DNA of 64,000 nucleotides from Tubiluchus corallicola (Eukaryota; Animalia; Priapulida): NCBI GenBank assembly GCA_030141605.1, contig JAQGDQ010001053.1, positions 1 to 64,000 of the forward strand, read 5' to 3'. Shown piece by piece: positions 13,800 to 26,700 of this stretch (position 1 is its first letter; each line of letters starts with the position of its first letter). The notes under the pieces were generated by a model. It saw only the letters and a program-made list of their open reading frames with translations, ran no database searches and was not told where the DNA came from. The position numbers and the translations under genes were made by a program.

Positions 13800-14238
13800 G
13801 CCAGATATATTTTTTAAACAAAAAGAGAAATATTTCGGTTTCGTTTTTAATGCTCTGCTCTGATATTATCTTGGTAAATTTCCACTGCTGTTTGATGTTT
13901 TTCCACTTCTAATGTCTGATGTTTACCCCTAATATGTACCAATGAGATAAAAACGTAATCTCTTAGGAAACCCAATAAAAACAATATTCCAGAAATATGT
14001 TTTAAACAGAAAGAGAAAAATTTTGGTTTCGTTTGTAATGTTCTGCTCTGATGTCATCTCGGTAAATTTCCACTGCTGTTTTTCCACGTCGAATGTCTGA
14101 TGTTTACCCCTAATGTGTACAAATGAGATAAAAGAGTAACCTCTTAGTAAACCCAATAATTTCTTTTAGCAAACACCAGTAGAATGGCGAACTCGAATGT
14201 TTTATGTTTACCCTTAATGTGTACTAATGAGATAAAAC
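13800..14238. repeat. About 190-bp local tandem duplication (2 full units plus 1 partial)
   Basis: ...GGTAAATTTCCACTGCTGTTT...TGATGTTTACCCCTAAT...AATGAGATAAAA repeated. Confidence 0.7.
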
Positions 14239-14415
14239 ACAGTTGGTTACCTATACTTTGGACGCAATGTCATAGCGTCCTCTAAGCCATAAGCAGTTGC
14301 AGTAAACAATAAACCGCCAGATTTAGTAAAAGCATTACTATTATTCCACACAATATTTTTATCTAAAAGTATCAAAAGTATTACTTTATACTGCCTAAAA
14401 CAGCTTAATTAAAAA

Positions 14416-14466
14416 CTAAGAAGCAGCAAATACCAGTAGAATGGCTACTGCTGCAGTGAGTGACAT
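14416..14466 (-). pseudogene. A1 signal-peptide exon with splice donor deleted
   Basis: Reads MSLTAAVAILLVFAAS*. Against A2 (55938-55986), 42 bp (A2 55902-55943) including G|GTAAGT are missing. Confidence 0.8.
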
Positions 14467-14546
14467 CTTACTTCTGGATCTGACGCCTGCTTAAAACTTT
14501 GTCGTTGATCTGTGACTACTATAATTTTGTTAATAGGACGGCTGCC

Positions 14547-14554
14547 TTTTTATA
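14547..14554 (-). promoter_or_regulatory. TATA box of A1
   Basis: TATAAAAA about 80 bp upstream of the leader ATG; conserved in A2. Confidence 0.5.
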
Positions 14555-16776
14555 GCAGTCTCAAAAACTGTGCCTGAGAGCGTAAATTTACCAAAACTTT
14601 ACCAGTCAATTAAACGATAAGAACGTACGCAGGTGAAAATGATAATGAAAACATTAGGAAAAGATCGGGCTAATAATAGTTTCTTTGGCAAATAAGTGAA
14701 ACACAAGTCATCTTCTCACGCACTGGGCTAGGTCTTTATTTTCATCATAATCTGATCGTGAATGACACTTAACAAACATACTTGATGGCTTAAACGCAAA
14801 GAATTACTTAGCGTAAATTCCCGATGTACATGCAGTGAGTGCGTGTACTTACTTATATCAATAAACGATCAATCAATGATTAATAATAGTGGTAGAGAAG
14901 ACTAAATAACCTTGACTTTGTAAAAAAAAGTCAGCTCACATTTATTCTAGTGTAATTTACACTAAGCTAATGAACAGGCAGTTGCAATCACATTGTTTAA
15001 GTGAATGAGTACAAATACATTCTTTGAATGCACATCTTAGTGTGGGATCACTTAAGCTTGGGGATGTTGTTGTTGGTGGTGGGAGTGATGTTGCTGCCAT
15101 TGTTGCTACTGCTGCTGTTGCTGTCTAGTATGCTGTTTTGTTGCTGTTGCTGTCATTGTTGATTTTGTTGCCACATTTAACTTTGAAAGTTATAGGGTGA
15201 ATGGGGGCCATTTTGTGTATGGAAAAAATTTCTGCTTTGGAATAAAAAAAGGAAATTTTTTTCATTAAAACAGGAATGCGGAATGACAATAACCTGAAGC
15301 AGTCAAATAAAAACGCTTCGACAGGACTAATTCAATGGTATTAGTTATGTCCAGATAGGATTACCTTTTACCTCACCATGAGGGGAAAAACTTTCACTGT
15401 GTGTCACAGAGACAAATAGGCCTGCTTCTGGAATTGAAATGAAGTTGCTTGTAACGCATCAGATGAAAGATCTCCATGAGGCGGACTGAGTGGTAAAATT
15501 TGAAAGGAGATTAGTTGATCTTTGATACTTGGTTGCAGATTGGCTATGGTTTGGTTTGGTAACCAAACAAGGCAAATTCAATAAATTCAAAATGATGGCT
15601 TTCAAACAAAATGCTTACGACATTTCACGATCAAACACTGTAAATGTTCTTTGCAAAGAATGATTGTCAACTTGTTTGTTTTTAAAGTTAGTTTGATTTT
15701 TATACACAATAATATTACCGAACTAATATCATTGACTTCATAAATTACCTTTATGAACAAATACTGAATAAATGACATAAAAGCGAAACTCTTACGTAAC
15801 AACTCTGGTTTAATGCAAACGTAATCCATTTTGTGGATTTTGCCCTAGGGAAAAACTTATGTGCTTAATAAAAAGTTAATATTTGCTCTCTGCAGGCTGT
15901 CAGGCTCTCGTTTGCTAAAGCTAAAACGGAATGGAAATGGAATTTTTAGTGTATCGATAATAAACCTTTTCTCAGTTACAGCGATTGATGTTGATTGTTA
16001 AAAGGTCAAAGATTAGACGTGTACCTTACAAATCATTTATGTACACTTGACAACACCTAGCATTCTAAGCTCTTGTGATAGTAACAGTTTTAACAGCTGG
16101 CTGGAACCTTGCCTAGTTCATTTTTTCTTGTTCCCAAACAAGATCCTGCTATTAAATCACTCTACGCAAATTAGGCAAATTCCACTTAAAAGAACAGAAG
16201 TAACTGAACTGACAAAGGCAGACGGCTTTCCTTTACCCACATGTCATGTGACAGTTATAGTTAAGACAGTGCAAAAAACTTGTGACCTACAGCAACAGCA
16301 AAGGCTTACAATGTCCAAGCCAAAATTAAATGAACTATAATATACACGAATAAAGCCACTAAGCCACTAAGCCACTGTGTGGGTGATACATTCTTGCAGC
16401 ATAAGGTGATGTGGACGAATGTTAGCATTTTATTCTTTTATTAAATGCTTTAACGAAGCACCTATGAGTTTCCAAATCTTTAATTAAAAAAATAGTGCAC
16501 TTTTCATACGTCATATGTGTTATTTATATAACCTACTTATTCCTGTAGTGAAAAAGGACATCAATTTACAGAAAATCTGAGGAAGTGTGGTATCACTCCA
16601 CTGAAAGTTCGATCATCTACAGGAAGTATAGCAGCACACATCTTCCTGTTGCAGCGTGTGCTGGAATGTTCCAGGGAGTTTACATCAGCGTTGTGGGAAG
16701 GATTATGGAGCATTTGACAAGCAATAGAAGTGAAGAATATCTAACATACCACATTCAGGAGAAAATGACTTAGAAA

Positions 16777-17127
16777 ATGATCAGTTTTGCAAGGATGAAG
16801 CTTCTCTTGGTTCTTGCTACGTTGTGCGCATGCTCAGATGCTGTGGAAAGAGCCAGACCAACTTATAGGCGATTTGCTGGTGAAGATTTCATAACAGAAG
16901 AAAATTTTGATCCTCATGGTATAAGTCAAGTGGCAGTTGGTTATGAGCCTCCCGTAAGTAAAATTACTGATTAACAATGTGATTTTATTTGTCTAATTTT
17001 TTAACATATAATTTCTTAAATTTGGCATTGATTTCCATTAGTAGCATGTAGCTTGATAAAAAGTTCAGAGACAAACAAACTAAAAACAATCGACTTTTCA
17101 GTGCAGATATGTGGTGTTTTCTACCCT

Positions 17128-17166
<39 letters not shown>

Positions 17167-17328
17167 CTGTTTCTCTCTCTCTTTCTCTTTCCTCCTCCCT
17201 CCCTCTCACTTTTTTCTTTCTTTTTTCTCTCTCTTTCTTTTTCTTTCTCTTTCTTCCTCCCCCTTCTCTCTCTCTCTGACTTTCTATTTCTCTCTCCGTC
17301 CCCCTCTTTCTCCCTCCCTCTCTCTCTC

Positions 17329-17361
<33 letters not shown>

Positions 17362-17618
17362 TCCTTCCTTATTAAACCTCTTTTGCTTGCATAAATCACC
17401 TACTACACCTCGTTGTTTCCTTCAGTGGAACTTGTATGATAACGGACGTAGATGTAGCTTCAATACGGACTGCAAAAGTGCTTGCTGCGTGAGAAGGGAG
17501 GGTATTTATACGTGTCAACCAATGGCTAAGGAAAGAGAGCCTTGCAGCACGGCACCTCTAAAAGGAGGGAGATATCACGAGTATTGTCCGTGTGAGGAGG
17601 ACACCGGAAATAGACCAG
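16777..17618 (+). CDS. Secreted colipase/prokineticin-fold cysteine-rich protein (ixodegrin/astakine-like); 3' end unresolved
   Basis: Exon 1 (16777-16953) has the signal peptide MKLLLVLATLCACSDA and a phase 0 gtaagt donor. Exon 2 (17426-17618) reads CSFNTDCKSACCVRREGIYTCQPMAKEREPCSTAPLKGGRYHEYCPC. Candidate terminal exons start at 18009 (GKEQTCDYQVTA*) or 18736 (DYNGSKILQCIEW...). Confidence 0.82.
17125..17370. repeat. (CT)n/pyrimidine-rich microsatellite
   Basis: Direct inspection. Confidence 0.95.
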
Positions 17619-18618
17619 GTAAACATTATAATTGCTTGATTTTTCCCGTCATTTGTGATTCTGTACTGAAAGAATCCTGTATTTTTACAGCTAATCTCAA
17701 TGATGGTAAAATACAAATTTCCACACTTTTGTGAATTTAGATCTTGGGAGCTTTTTGCATTCGATTTCAAGGTCAAATTTTAATAAGTTTACATAGTGAC
17801 ATTATAAACATTTACATTTACTGTAGATTTCGCCTACATAATAACCCTAATAATCCCGCAAATGTACATTTCAGTTGCGTAATAACGCAAAGATTAATGA
17901 CGGAAACGTTTCAAAAATAAGTTAAAACAATTGAGATACTTTATGTCAAGAAAAATCAGCGCAATAATCTTCCATATAAGTGGGTTAACTTGACTATTTA
18001 CAGCACAGGCAAAGAGCAAACATGTGACTACCAGGTAACAGCCTGAAAGCGTGTCTTGAAGATAAAAGGTTTACATTGCTGCCACAGATGGCGCCACATA
18101 CAAAAATATTATAAGCAAAGTTAAAAAATGCAGCTAAGTTTGAGTGAGCGGCAATACGAGACTTGCTGAGTACTAATTAGCCAGCATAATCCCAAAACAA
18201 CTTCTTCCCAACCAGCTCTAAGCCTTTCAGTGAGTTCCAGGGACAAATTAGCACAAGAGCATCCATCAATAATGAGCTTCATCAGCTTCCAGGGAAAGTG
18301 AGTAAAATTGTCTTTCCCTTTCCCCACACTGCTGAAATATATAGATTCACCTTGTAAAATATTTGTGTGTAAAAATCAATTTCTTATGTCTTGTGTCTCA
18401 TACGCGTGGCTTCTAGCTGTGAGCCCAAGTCCACTGTCAACTCCAAAACAAAGAAACTTTTACCTACAATAAGTGTAAGATTATTATACTCTTTCAACTT
18501 TTTTCATGTCTCAAGTGCAGAAAAAGAGGTGGGCGACCAGATTCCGAGATAAAATGTCGTCGTTCACATGGCCGTAAACGTCCTAAAAAATCAAAACGTC
18601 ATTTTTCCAATTTAACTA

Positions 18619-19055
18619 AAAAAACTACCTAGTGTATAGCAAAGTTTTATGCAAATAAAGTTAGTTTACATTATGTAACAGTTTACCTGTATTACACACA
18701 GTCTGGACAATGACACGTGTTCCCTTCTTTTACAGATTACAATGGCAGCAAGATCCTCCAGTGTATTGAGTGGGACAGTGATATTATACTGAGGAGTTAT
18801 TTCATCAAAAGCTTGATATTTTACTACCTCTTACTTGTGAAAAAACTACCTAGTGTATAGCAAAGTTTTATGCAAATAAAGTTAGTTTACATTATGTAAC
18901 AGTTTACCTGTATTACACACAGTCTGGACAATGACACGTGTTCCCTTCTTTTACAGACTACAATGGCAGCAAGATCCTACAGCGTATTGACTGGGACAGT
19001 GATATTATACTGATGAGTTATTTCATCCAAAGCTTGATATTTTACTACCTGTTAC
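18619..19055 (+). repeat. 221-bp tandem duplication
   Basis: 18619-18834 is nearly identical to 18840-19055. Confidence 0.9.
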
Positions 19056-20587
19056 AAAGTTTTAAGCTAAAATTGCAAAGTTATCTTAATACTGAATTTA
19101 CTTTTAAATATGTAATTATGTAAAACTGTTTTCGTCATTTGTATAATAGGATCTTTCTAACGATTCTTTAGAGAAACATGAGCTACACATAGATCAGTAA
19201 TGTATACATTAAGTAATTACATGATAACTGTTGTATTACTAACCTGCGTTAGTGTTTGTTATATCTCCTGCAAAAATTTAACTTAATTTTAATAAAGATT
19301 TGCATATTACTGTCAGTTTACAACCTACAGCTCAGTCGAGACATTTTCTTTAAGTATTTCTTGCCACATCTACAGATCCCATCTCATACGCTGATGGTTT
19401 ATAATGAAAAGGTGTAGTGAATGTTCAAATGATGTTTAGAGAAAGAAGCATTTGAGATGGCTTTGCCTGTTAGACATCTTGTTTACAGGAAGTCATGATG
19501 GTAATTGAAAGCCATATTTTGCCAACTGAAAACAAAAATAACGTGTTATGGGTGTCAGAAGAAGAGATCAGAGTTCATGAAAAACACGTGATAATTATAG
19601 ATAACTAGAAACAGTAATTTCAGTTTATTTACTTCACTTCAATGGCACATCATAGTAGCATACATTTTACATACACGTACATCATGATATAATGTTAAGC
19701 TGTTTTAACATATAAATTTTAACACTTATAGGTATAATGATTTGAATTTATATTAGTCTATGACACTGTAGCAGTTTAAGAAACATATTATAGTTTTGTA
19801 AGAACTGCTGAATGTAAAATAGAAACGAGGAGGTAAATCTATTTACAAGGGTAAATACAGAGATAGAAATAAGTAAAAAATATTTTGGCTAAAATAAGAA
19901 AAGAACAGATGTAAGAATTACAGTTACTATGACAGCATCGACATGCAAGCATGTGTGGCAATGAGCTCAATATTGATAAATATTAATTACCAATTAGTAT
20001 CAAAATAAGCTGGCTAGCACGTCCTGTTATGGCTGATGGTAATTAAACTTAAAACTAAATTTAATAAATAATAATGCAATTGTTTTACAGATCATGATAG
20101 GGCAAATGGAAGAAAATCTGTGACATATTGTAATATTGTAAGAGTTGAAGACTGAGATTTGTTGTTTAAATATTTTTTATAACAGAAGAGCTAAATTATA
20201 ACTGACTTGTCCAAATTATTCCACATAAGTGACCCCATGAACTCTTTCATAGTGGTTACAAAAAGCCTAGCAATAATCAAACTATAGAGCTTTTGCCATA
20301 TGAATAAAGGATGCATTGACCTCTGCACTGGAGAATCGCCTCCTCTTTTTGTTATTCTGAACTAAATGCACCCTGTTTTTAGAAAACACATTGCTAGTAG
20401 ACAATTATTCTTAAAGCCTACTTAGGGCAAAAAGTTGTAACCAGTTTCAATTTTCCACTACAATACGTGTGTTGTTATAGGATTATATTTTTATAATTGT
20501 TTTAATCTCAAAGTAAACAAATCACCTATTTTTGCTCCTTTAATTTAGCTAATAAATAATATACAGATAGGTAACATTCAAAGGTAA

Positions 20588-20771
20588 TTAGCTAACATTT
20601 GCATATAAATGAACTGAAGTAGGTTTAGCACGTGGAGATAGATCTGGTTCTTCATAAACCGCTGACGTGTCAGCTGCACTGCTGCCACCTGTTGGACGTG
20701 AAATAAAACTGTAACTGTTGTTGCTTGAAGGCTGATCCTGTATGACATAATAACCATTCTCTTCTTGGAAT
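20588..20771 (-). CDS. Gene C last exon, cytoplasmic tail
   Basis: ttcgtag|[24 protein letters not shown]...AVYEEP...HLYANVS*. Confidence 0.8.
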
Positions 20772-23700
20772 CTACGAAAAATAAGAGTAGCTTCATCAGT
20801 GACAACAATATGATAACAACAAAACAATAAAAGCAACATCAACGACAATGACAATGTTGACAACAAGAACAAGAACAACAACACCTATAACTACTACTAC
20901 GACTGCAGCTACTACTACTACTGCTACTACTGCTGCCACTACTACTACGACGACGACAACGACGACGACGACGACGACGACAACTACGACTGCTACTACT
21001 ACGACGACAACAAAAACCAGATGACAGCAATAATAACAATGACGATGACGCCAACAACAAGAACAACAATGATGATGATGACAACACCGCCACCAACAAA
21101 AACTACTACTACTACTACTACAATGACGATGACGATGACAACTACGACTGCTACTACTATGACAACGGCAACGACAACAATGACCAGAACGACAGCAACA
21201 ACAATGACAGCAATAATAACAACAACAGAAATAAGACGGCTATTTCTTAAACGTTGCAAACAATTGTTGAGGGCATAACTTATAAAAATTTCAAGCTCGA
21301 CCTGTTACTTGAAGGTACAGTATTACTATACTTTCTTAAACATAACACATTTCTGATCACAATTTTCTGTTTTGAATTCAAGTAATAATAAGTTTTACTG
21401 TGATTGCCTAACGTGACGTTTGATTTGATCATACTGTTTATTTCAGGTTAATTGGATGAATCGGTAGAAGAAATCAAAATTTATTTGTGAACTCAAAGTT
21501 TTGTAATTTTATTTTATTAACAGAAATAAAGACTTGGACACCATCAAGATTTTACGGAATTTCGCTATTCACTGCAACACTCTTAGTTCAAGTTGATTCT
21601 CGGAACGATACGAGAACTTTGTTCACACTACCCAATTCCTTTGTTGAATGCCGTACAAAAATCTCTAAAAACTTGACCAAAATTTTCACGTCTGCTTGGA
21701 CAAATAAAAACTTACCTTTGCTGAACGTGACCTGCATTGTTTGATAACACGTCTGGAATAGAAATAACAATTATATTTTAAATTACGTAAAATATTATGA
21801 TATTAAATTCCGTAAATGGCATTGCAGGGGCGTATTCAGATTCTAAAGTTAGGGGGAGCAAGCACATAAAGAAGCCGCCACGGCATATACCAAACAATTT
21901 TTAATGCACCGATTATAAATTTTATTTTTGTGTATAAAATCAAAACACGAGAAAGATACAGTTTTCAATGAAGTACTTAATTGTTATTTTATATTTAAAA
22001 TTAAAATACAATTATAAGTTTACAGTAAACTCATCAATGTAATAAAATCTTGTGTTATTTAATTATTTTGGTCTTAAATGTATAATTGAAATAAAACGAA
22101 ACAATGTGAAAAAATGGATCATAAATGTACTGCAACAGTCTACTTTAGCAAAGAAATCTATAATTTCATTACTCCACTACAGTATCAATTCTCTTTCAAT
22201 GAAGAGCATCTCCCAGACATTCTTTTCTCTCCTATTACAGAACGAGGGAAGCCCTTTATCTGTTTAACCGACTAAAAGATCGTTCAGCAACTGCACAAGT
22301 GAAATGAAGAATTAAAGAATAGTTAAAAAGGCGCCAATTTGAAGAAAAACGTTCTAGGCAAGCGGTTGCTCTCCTTGCTTCCCCACTAGCTACGCCAGAG
22401 TACAACCTCTGCAATTAAGTTTGGGGAAATCGCAAGAAATACAAGAAATATCATTTTCGCTCTACTTACTTTTAAAGCAACAGAGTTTCATTCTGTAAAC
22501 AACAGCAATTACAATAGAGAAAACAACTGATGATAGAAAGGCACCAATCAGCACACCTAAAGTCATTGATACAGCTACTGACACTGGAAAAAAGTTCACG
22601 TATTGGAATGTTATAATTATATATATATATATGATAGATAGAAGAATGGATGGATGGATGGGTGGATGGATGGATGGGTGGATGGATGGATGGATGGATG
22701 GATGGGTGGATGGATGGATGGATGGATGGATGGATGGATGGATGGATGGATGGATGGATGGATGGATGGATGGGTGGATGGATGGATGGACGGATGGACG
22801 GACAGACAGACAGCTAGATAGATAGATAGATAGATACATACATAGATGTATAGATAGATAGATAGATAGATAACCCGCAACACAATTGTTATTATTCACT
22901 CCTACTTTTGACTGCAACTTCTCCTTTTGACAGGGGCATCGTGCACCCAAAAAAAGGCTTTTGATGTGTGCCGAGTTAGAAAATTTGTGTAACCATTATC
23001 AGGGCCACATTATCTTATAGCAGTGGTTCCCAAAGTAGGGATAAATTACCCCCCGGGGTAATATGTTTTTTTTTGGGGGGGGGAATGGCACCCCTCTGAA
23101 AATTTTTAAAACTTCGCTCGGAATGCATTTTAAGTAGTTTTCTTCTTGAAGAGACTGCCTCCGGCAGGCAACACTGTGTCATGGGGTCCATCATTCGCAC
23201 GTTCCCATGATCTCTGGTGCGATCCCGGGGAGAAGTCAAAGTTCACAATTGTTTCTTTGGTTTCTTCTCTATGGACATTTCTGCACAGAGTTTAGAGTTT
23301 AGAGAAAGCTAGGCCCCGGATTGAGAAACTGGCGTCCGAAAAACAGGCTCATCCGTCCCACTAACTGAGATTTTGTTGTTGTCATTCATTTCTTCTTGTT
23401 TTCGTTTGTTCGAGTAATAATTACTCGAACGAACCTGCTCACTCAGTAATGAGCAGGTTCAGTAATTGTAATTCTTGTTTTGGCAACAATACAACAACAA
23501 CACCTGGAAATTTATTTATGTCACGAGCAAACATAAATAATTTTGCTTGCTTGTGGCATATACGTGTGTTTACTTTTTGAGTTGAAGTAGTACTAGGTGG
23601 GGGGTAATGGACACGACCGGGTTTCCCGATTTGGGTAGCGGTCCGAGAAAGTTTGGGAACCACTGTCTTATAGGTTAGTATAGACTGCAGCCTAGGCATG

Positions 23701-26700
23701 CTCCAGTTTTGGTAACATGCATTGAAATATGTTTTCCACTACGGTCCTGTTAAAATATGTGCTAATTTGGTTTGAGATAACCAACAGTAAAATACTGGTA
23801 TTTCTTAAATAATATTTTTAATGACAAACAAAATATAACTATTCTATTTTTTAAAGAATTTGCAATAAGTTTACTTCTAAGTATCAAATGCCGCTAAAAA
23901 TGTTCAAAAGAGGTGAGGGCGTATTAAAGGCTACCTCCGTCTCAAGGGGGGGGGGGGAATATTTTCAATAGCGTAGCAGCCGAAAAAAGGTCAACCCAGC
24001 ACTGGCCATAATCAAGATTTTCTGTCTTTATCTGTTGGATAATTCCATCTTTACGAAGCCAATATCCATATAAAATAGCAGAAACAAAATCATGGATAAT
24101 GGGGCAGAGTATGAATGATAATTAGTAACAGTAAAATGATGACAGTATCAGATGTTATATTGCTGGTTAGTAACATAGCTTATTGCCTCTATTGTATTTG
24201 TGATTTTAACACCCTAAAATTATTATCAGTATAGATTTTCGTTTAGACATACTTAACATTAGTCTTACTTTGTTCGTCAACTGTTTCTGTTGTTTGATCA
24301 GCAGTTGTAGTATCTGTTGAAGATTCATGACTTTCAGATTCAGTAGTTGCTTGTGTCGTTTCAGTCACTTCTTTTGTAGTTTCCAGAGCAGGAGTCACTG
24401 ATGCAAACATGTGGAAAAAACAAAAAGAATGACTTTATTAAGATGAAAAATACACAGTGAAATAAAAGAAAGTATAGACACTTTTTCACCAAAGTTGCAA
24501 GTTGGAGTAACATATAATGTAAATGTAACTTACTGCAAAGTGTGGCGGAACTGGAATCTGTACCACCAACTGTGATAATCCTCTAACGTAAGACTTTGGT
24601 TGGCAGGGGTTTTTAGATTAATCTCAGATACATAGACAAAGTATTCTCTCTTGGCAAGGTAGATACTCACTGGTAAAGAGGTAGGCAACGTCCACAACAA
24701 GTTTTTATTGAACCCTTTGATGACCCATTATTTCACCAACAAGACTTGATGCTGCTTAACTTTGCTTGCTAAACAAATCCTTTCAGCAACCTGCTGCATT
24801 TCAGAATGTGATTTCTAATATCACTGATGCCAATAAAAGTGCGTGCTATATAAAATACTCAATTTTAAAAGCCAAATCATTTTCTAGCCTCGGTCACAGA
24901 CTTTTCTACATTCTTAGATTTCTTAGAACAGTGCCAACTGTGGGTCAATGACAGAGAAAACTTTGACAGAAGATGAAAAAGTCAGTTTCAAGTTTCTTAC
25001 CTTCATAGTGGTTGAAAAGTTCTCCATCTCAAACATGAGAAAGACCAGGATTATTAGACTACCATAAACTTAAAGGAAGAAGACTATTTGAAGAAACACC
25101 TTTTTATAATGAATTTTATCCAAAAAAGGAAGTATGAACAAATTATTATTCTTAGAATCTATATCGTCAGACATATTGGCCAAAAATTCTACGATTAACA
25201 GCAAGTGTATGACAAAAAAATCTGGAATAAAACTACAAAATGAGTTTCAAATTTCTTACCTTGATAGTGAATGAAAAATCCTCGACCTTCATTTACACTT
25301 GCAAAAGAACCAGAATTTTCTGTTACAATAAACTCAACTGTGAAAGTATCACCTCCATCAAAGGAATATCCATCCAAGGTTTTATTATCACAGAATTTCT
25401 GAGTGTTATTATTTATCTGTAGGTATGAATTAGGGCAGTTTGCATTGTCATTGTTTTGAAGTTCGAAATGATAGGCAGTCAATATCCCATTGGTAACATC
25501 GCTCTCTCTCATGGTAAGCCACCACAAACAGTTATATTCACCCGTTGGATATGAACTAGGATAGTTTGTACTCTGTAGATAACCTGAAGTGTGACTTAGA
25601 TTCATGTGATGGTTTTCCACTTCTCCAACTGCAGCGCAGCGACTGATTTCATCTTCTGTGAAAATTGTGAGAAAAACTGTTTTGTTAACATATTAATACA
25701 TATAATTGTATTTATTTTACCAGATTTTTCGAGGATTGTCTCTTTACCAAGAAAAAAAATTCAAATTTATTATTAATCAATCTAAGAATAAATATGAAAA
25801 TAAATATTGTCACGCATGCGTATGAAACAGATTCTACTTGCAAATGCCTTGACGTTTTTACTGTAATAAAAAACTTTTTATAATATAGAAAAGCACCTGT
25901 AAACCTGAATATAGAAAACAATATATGATTAAGTTTAATTGACTGAAATACTAGATTTATATTTATATTTTAAATATAGATTTAGTAGACATTTTGTATC
26001 AGTATCAAAGGTCAAACGTATCTAAGCTGGGTGCTAGTGCTTAGTGTTCTTTTATAAAGCAATGAGTCAAATCTGTAGTGATTCGTAACTTTCTTAACAC
26101 TGTGCAAAATAAACAATATGTGAATCAATTACTGTGATTAAAATTTTCTTAGAAGCAAATGTGCACAGGTGTTTCATGGCTGTGCAAGTAATTTTACGTT
26201 TGTCTAAAAACCTCCATTTTTAACAATAATGTGCTTATTTATCTACAAATTAATTCTCATTTATGAATATTTTTATAGTCTGTGATCATTTTTAATNNNN
26301 NNNNNNNNNNNNNNNNNNNNNNNNNNNNNNNNNNNNNNNNNNNNNNNNNNNNNNNNNNNNNNNNNNNNNNNNNNNNNNNNNNNNNNNNNNNNNNNNNNNN
26401 NNNNNNNNNNNNNNNNNNNNNNNNNNNNNNNNNNNNNNNNNNNNNNNNNNNNNNNNNNNNNNNNNNNNNNNNNNNNNNNNNNNNNNNNNNNNNNNNNNNN
26501 NNNNNNNTTTTTGCGATATTTAGCTTAAGAAAATTTGTCAAATGATATATATCACAATAAATGTTATATCAATTTTGCAAAAACCTGAACAAACGAAAAA
26601 GATTTCTTGAAATTTCTATTAAGTAAAAAATAAAATGCATTCAGACTAACCTGGTATACAAGCATATCTAACGTAGACCAGTTTAAGCTCATTTACCCAC

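Noticed and set aside
16985-17399. ER-rich and SL-rich ORFs (also 22462-22950 HPSI repeats and 49042-49498)
   Set aside because: Microsatellite translations; only the embedded true exons were kept.
20839-21278. Thr-rich, Val-rich and Ser/Arg-rich ORFs suggesting mucin or TM proteins
   Set aside because: Translations of an intronic trinucleotide microsatellite.
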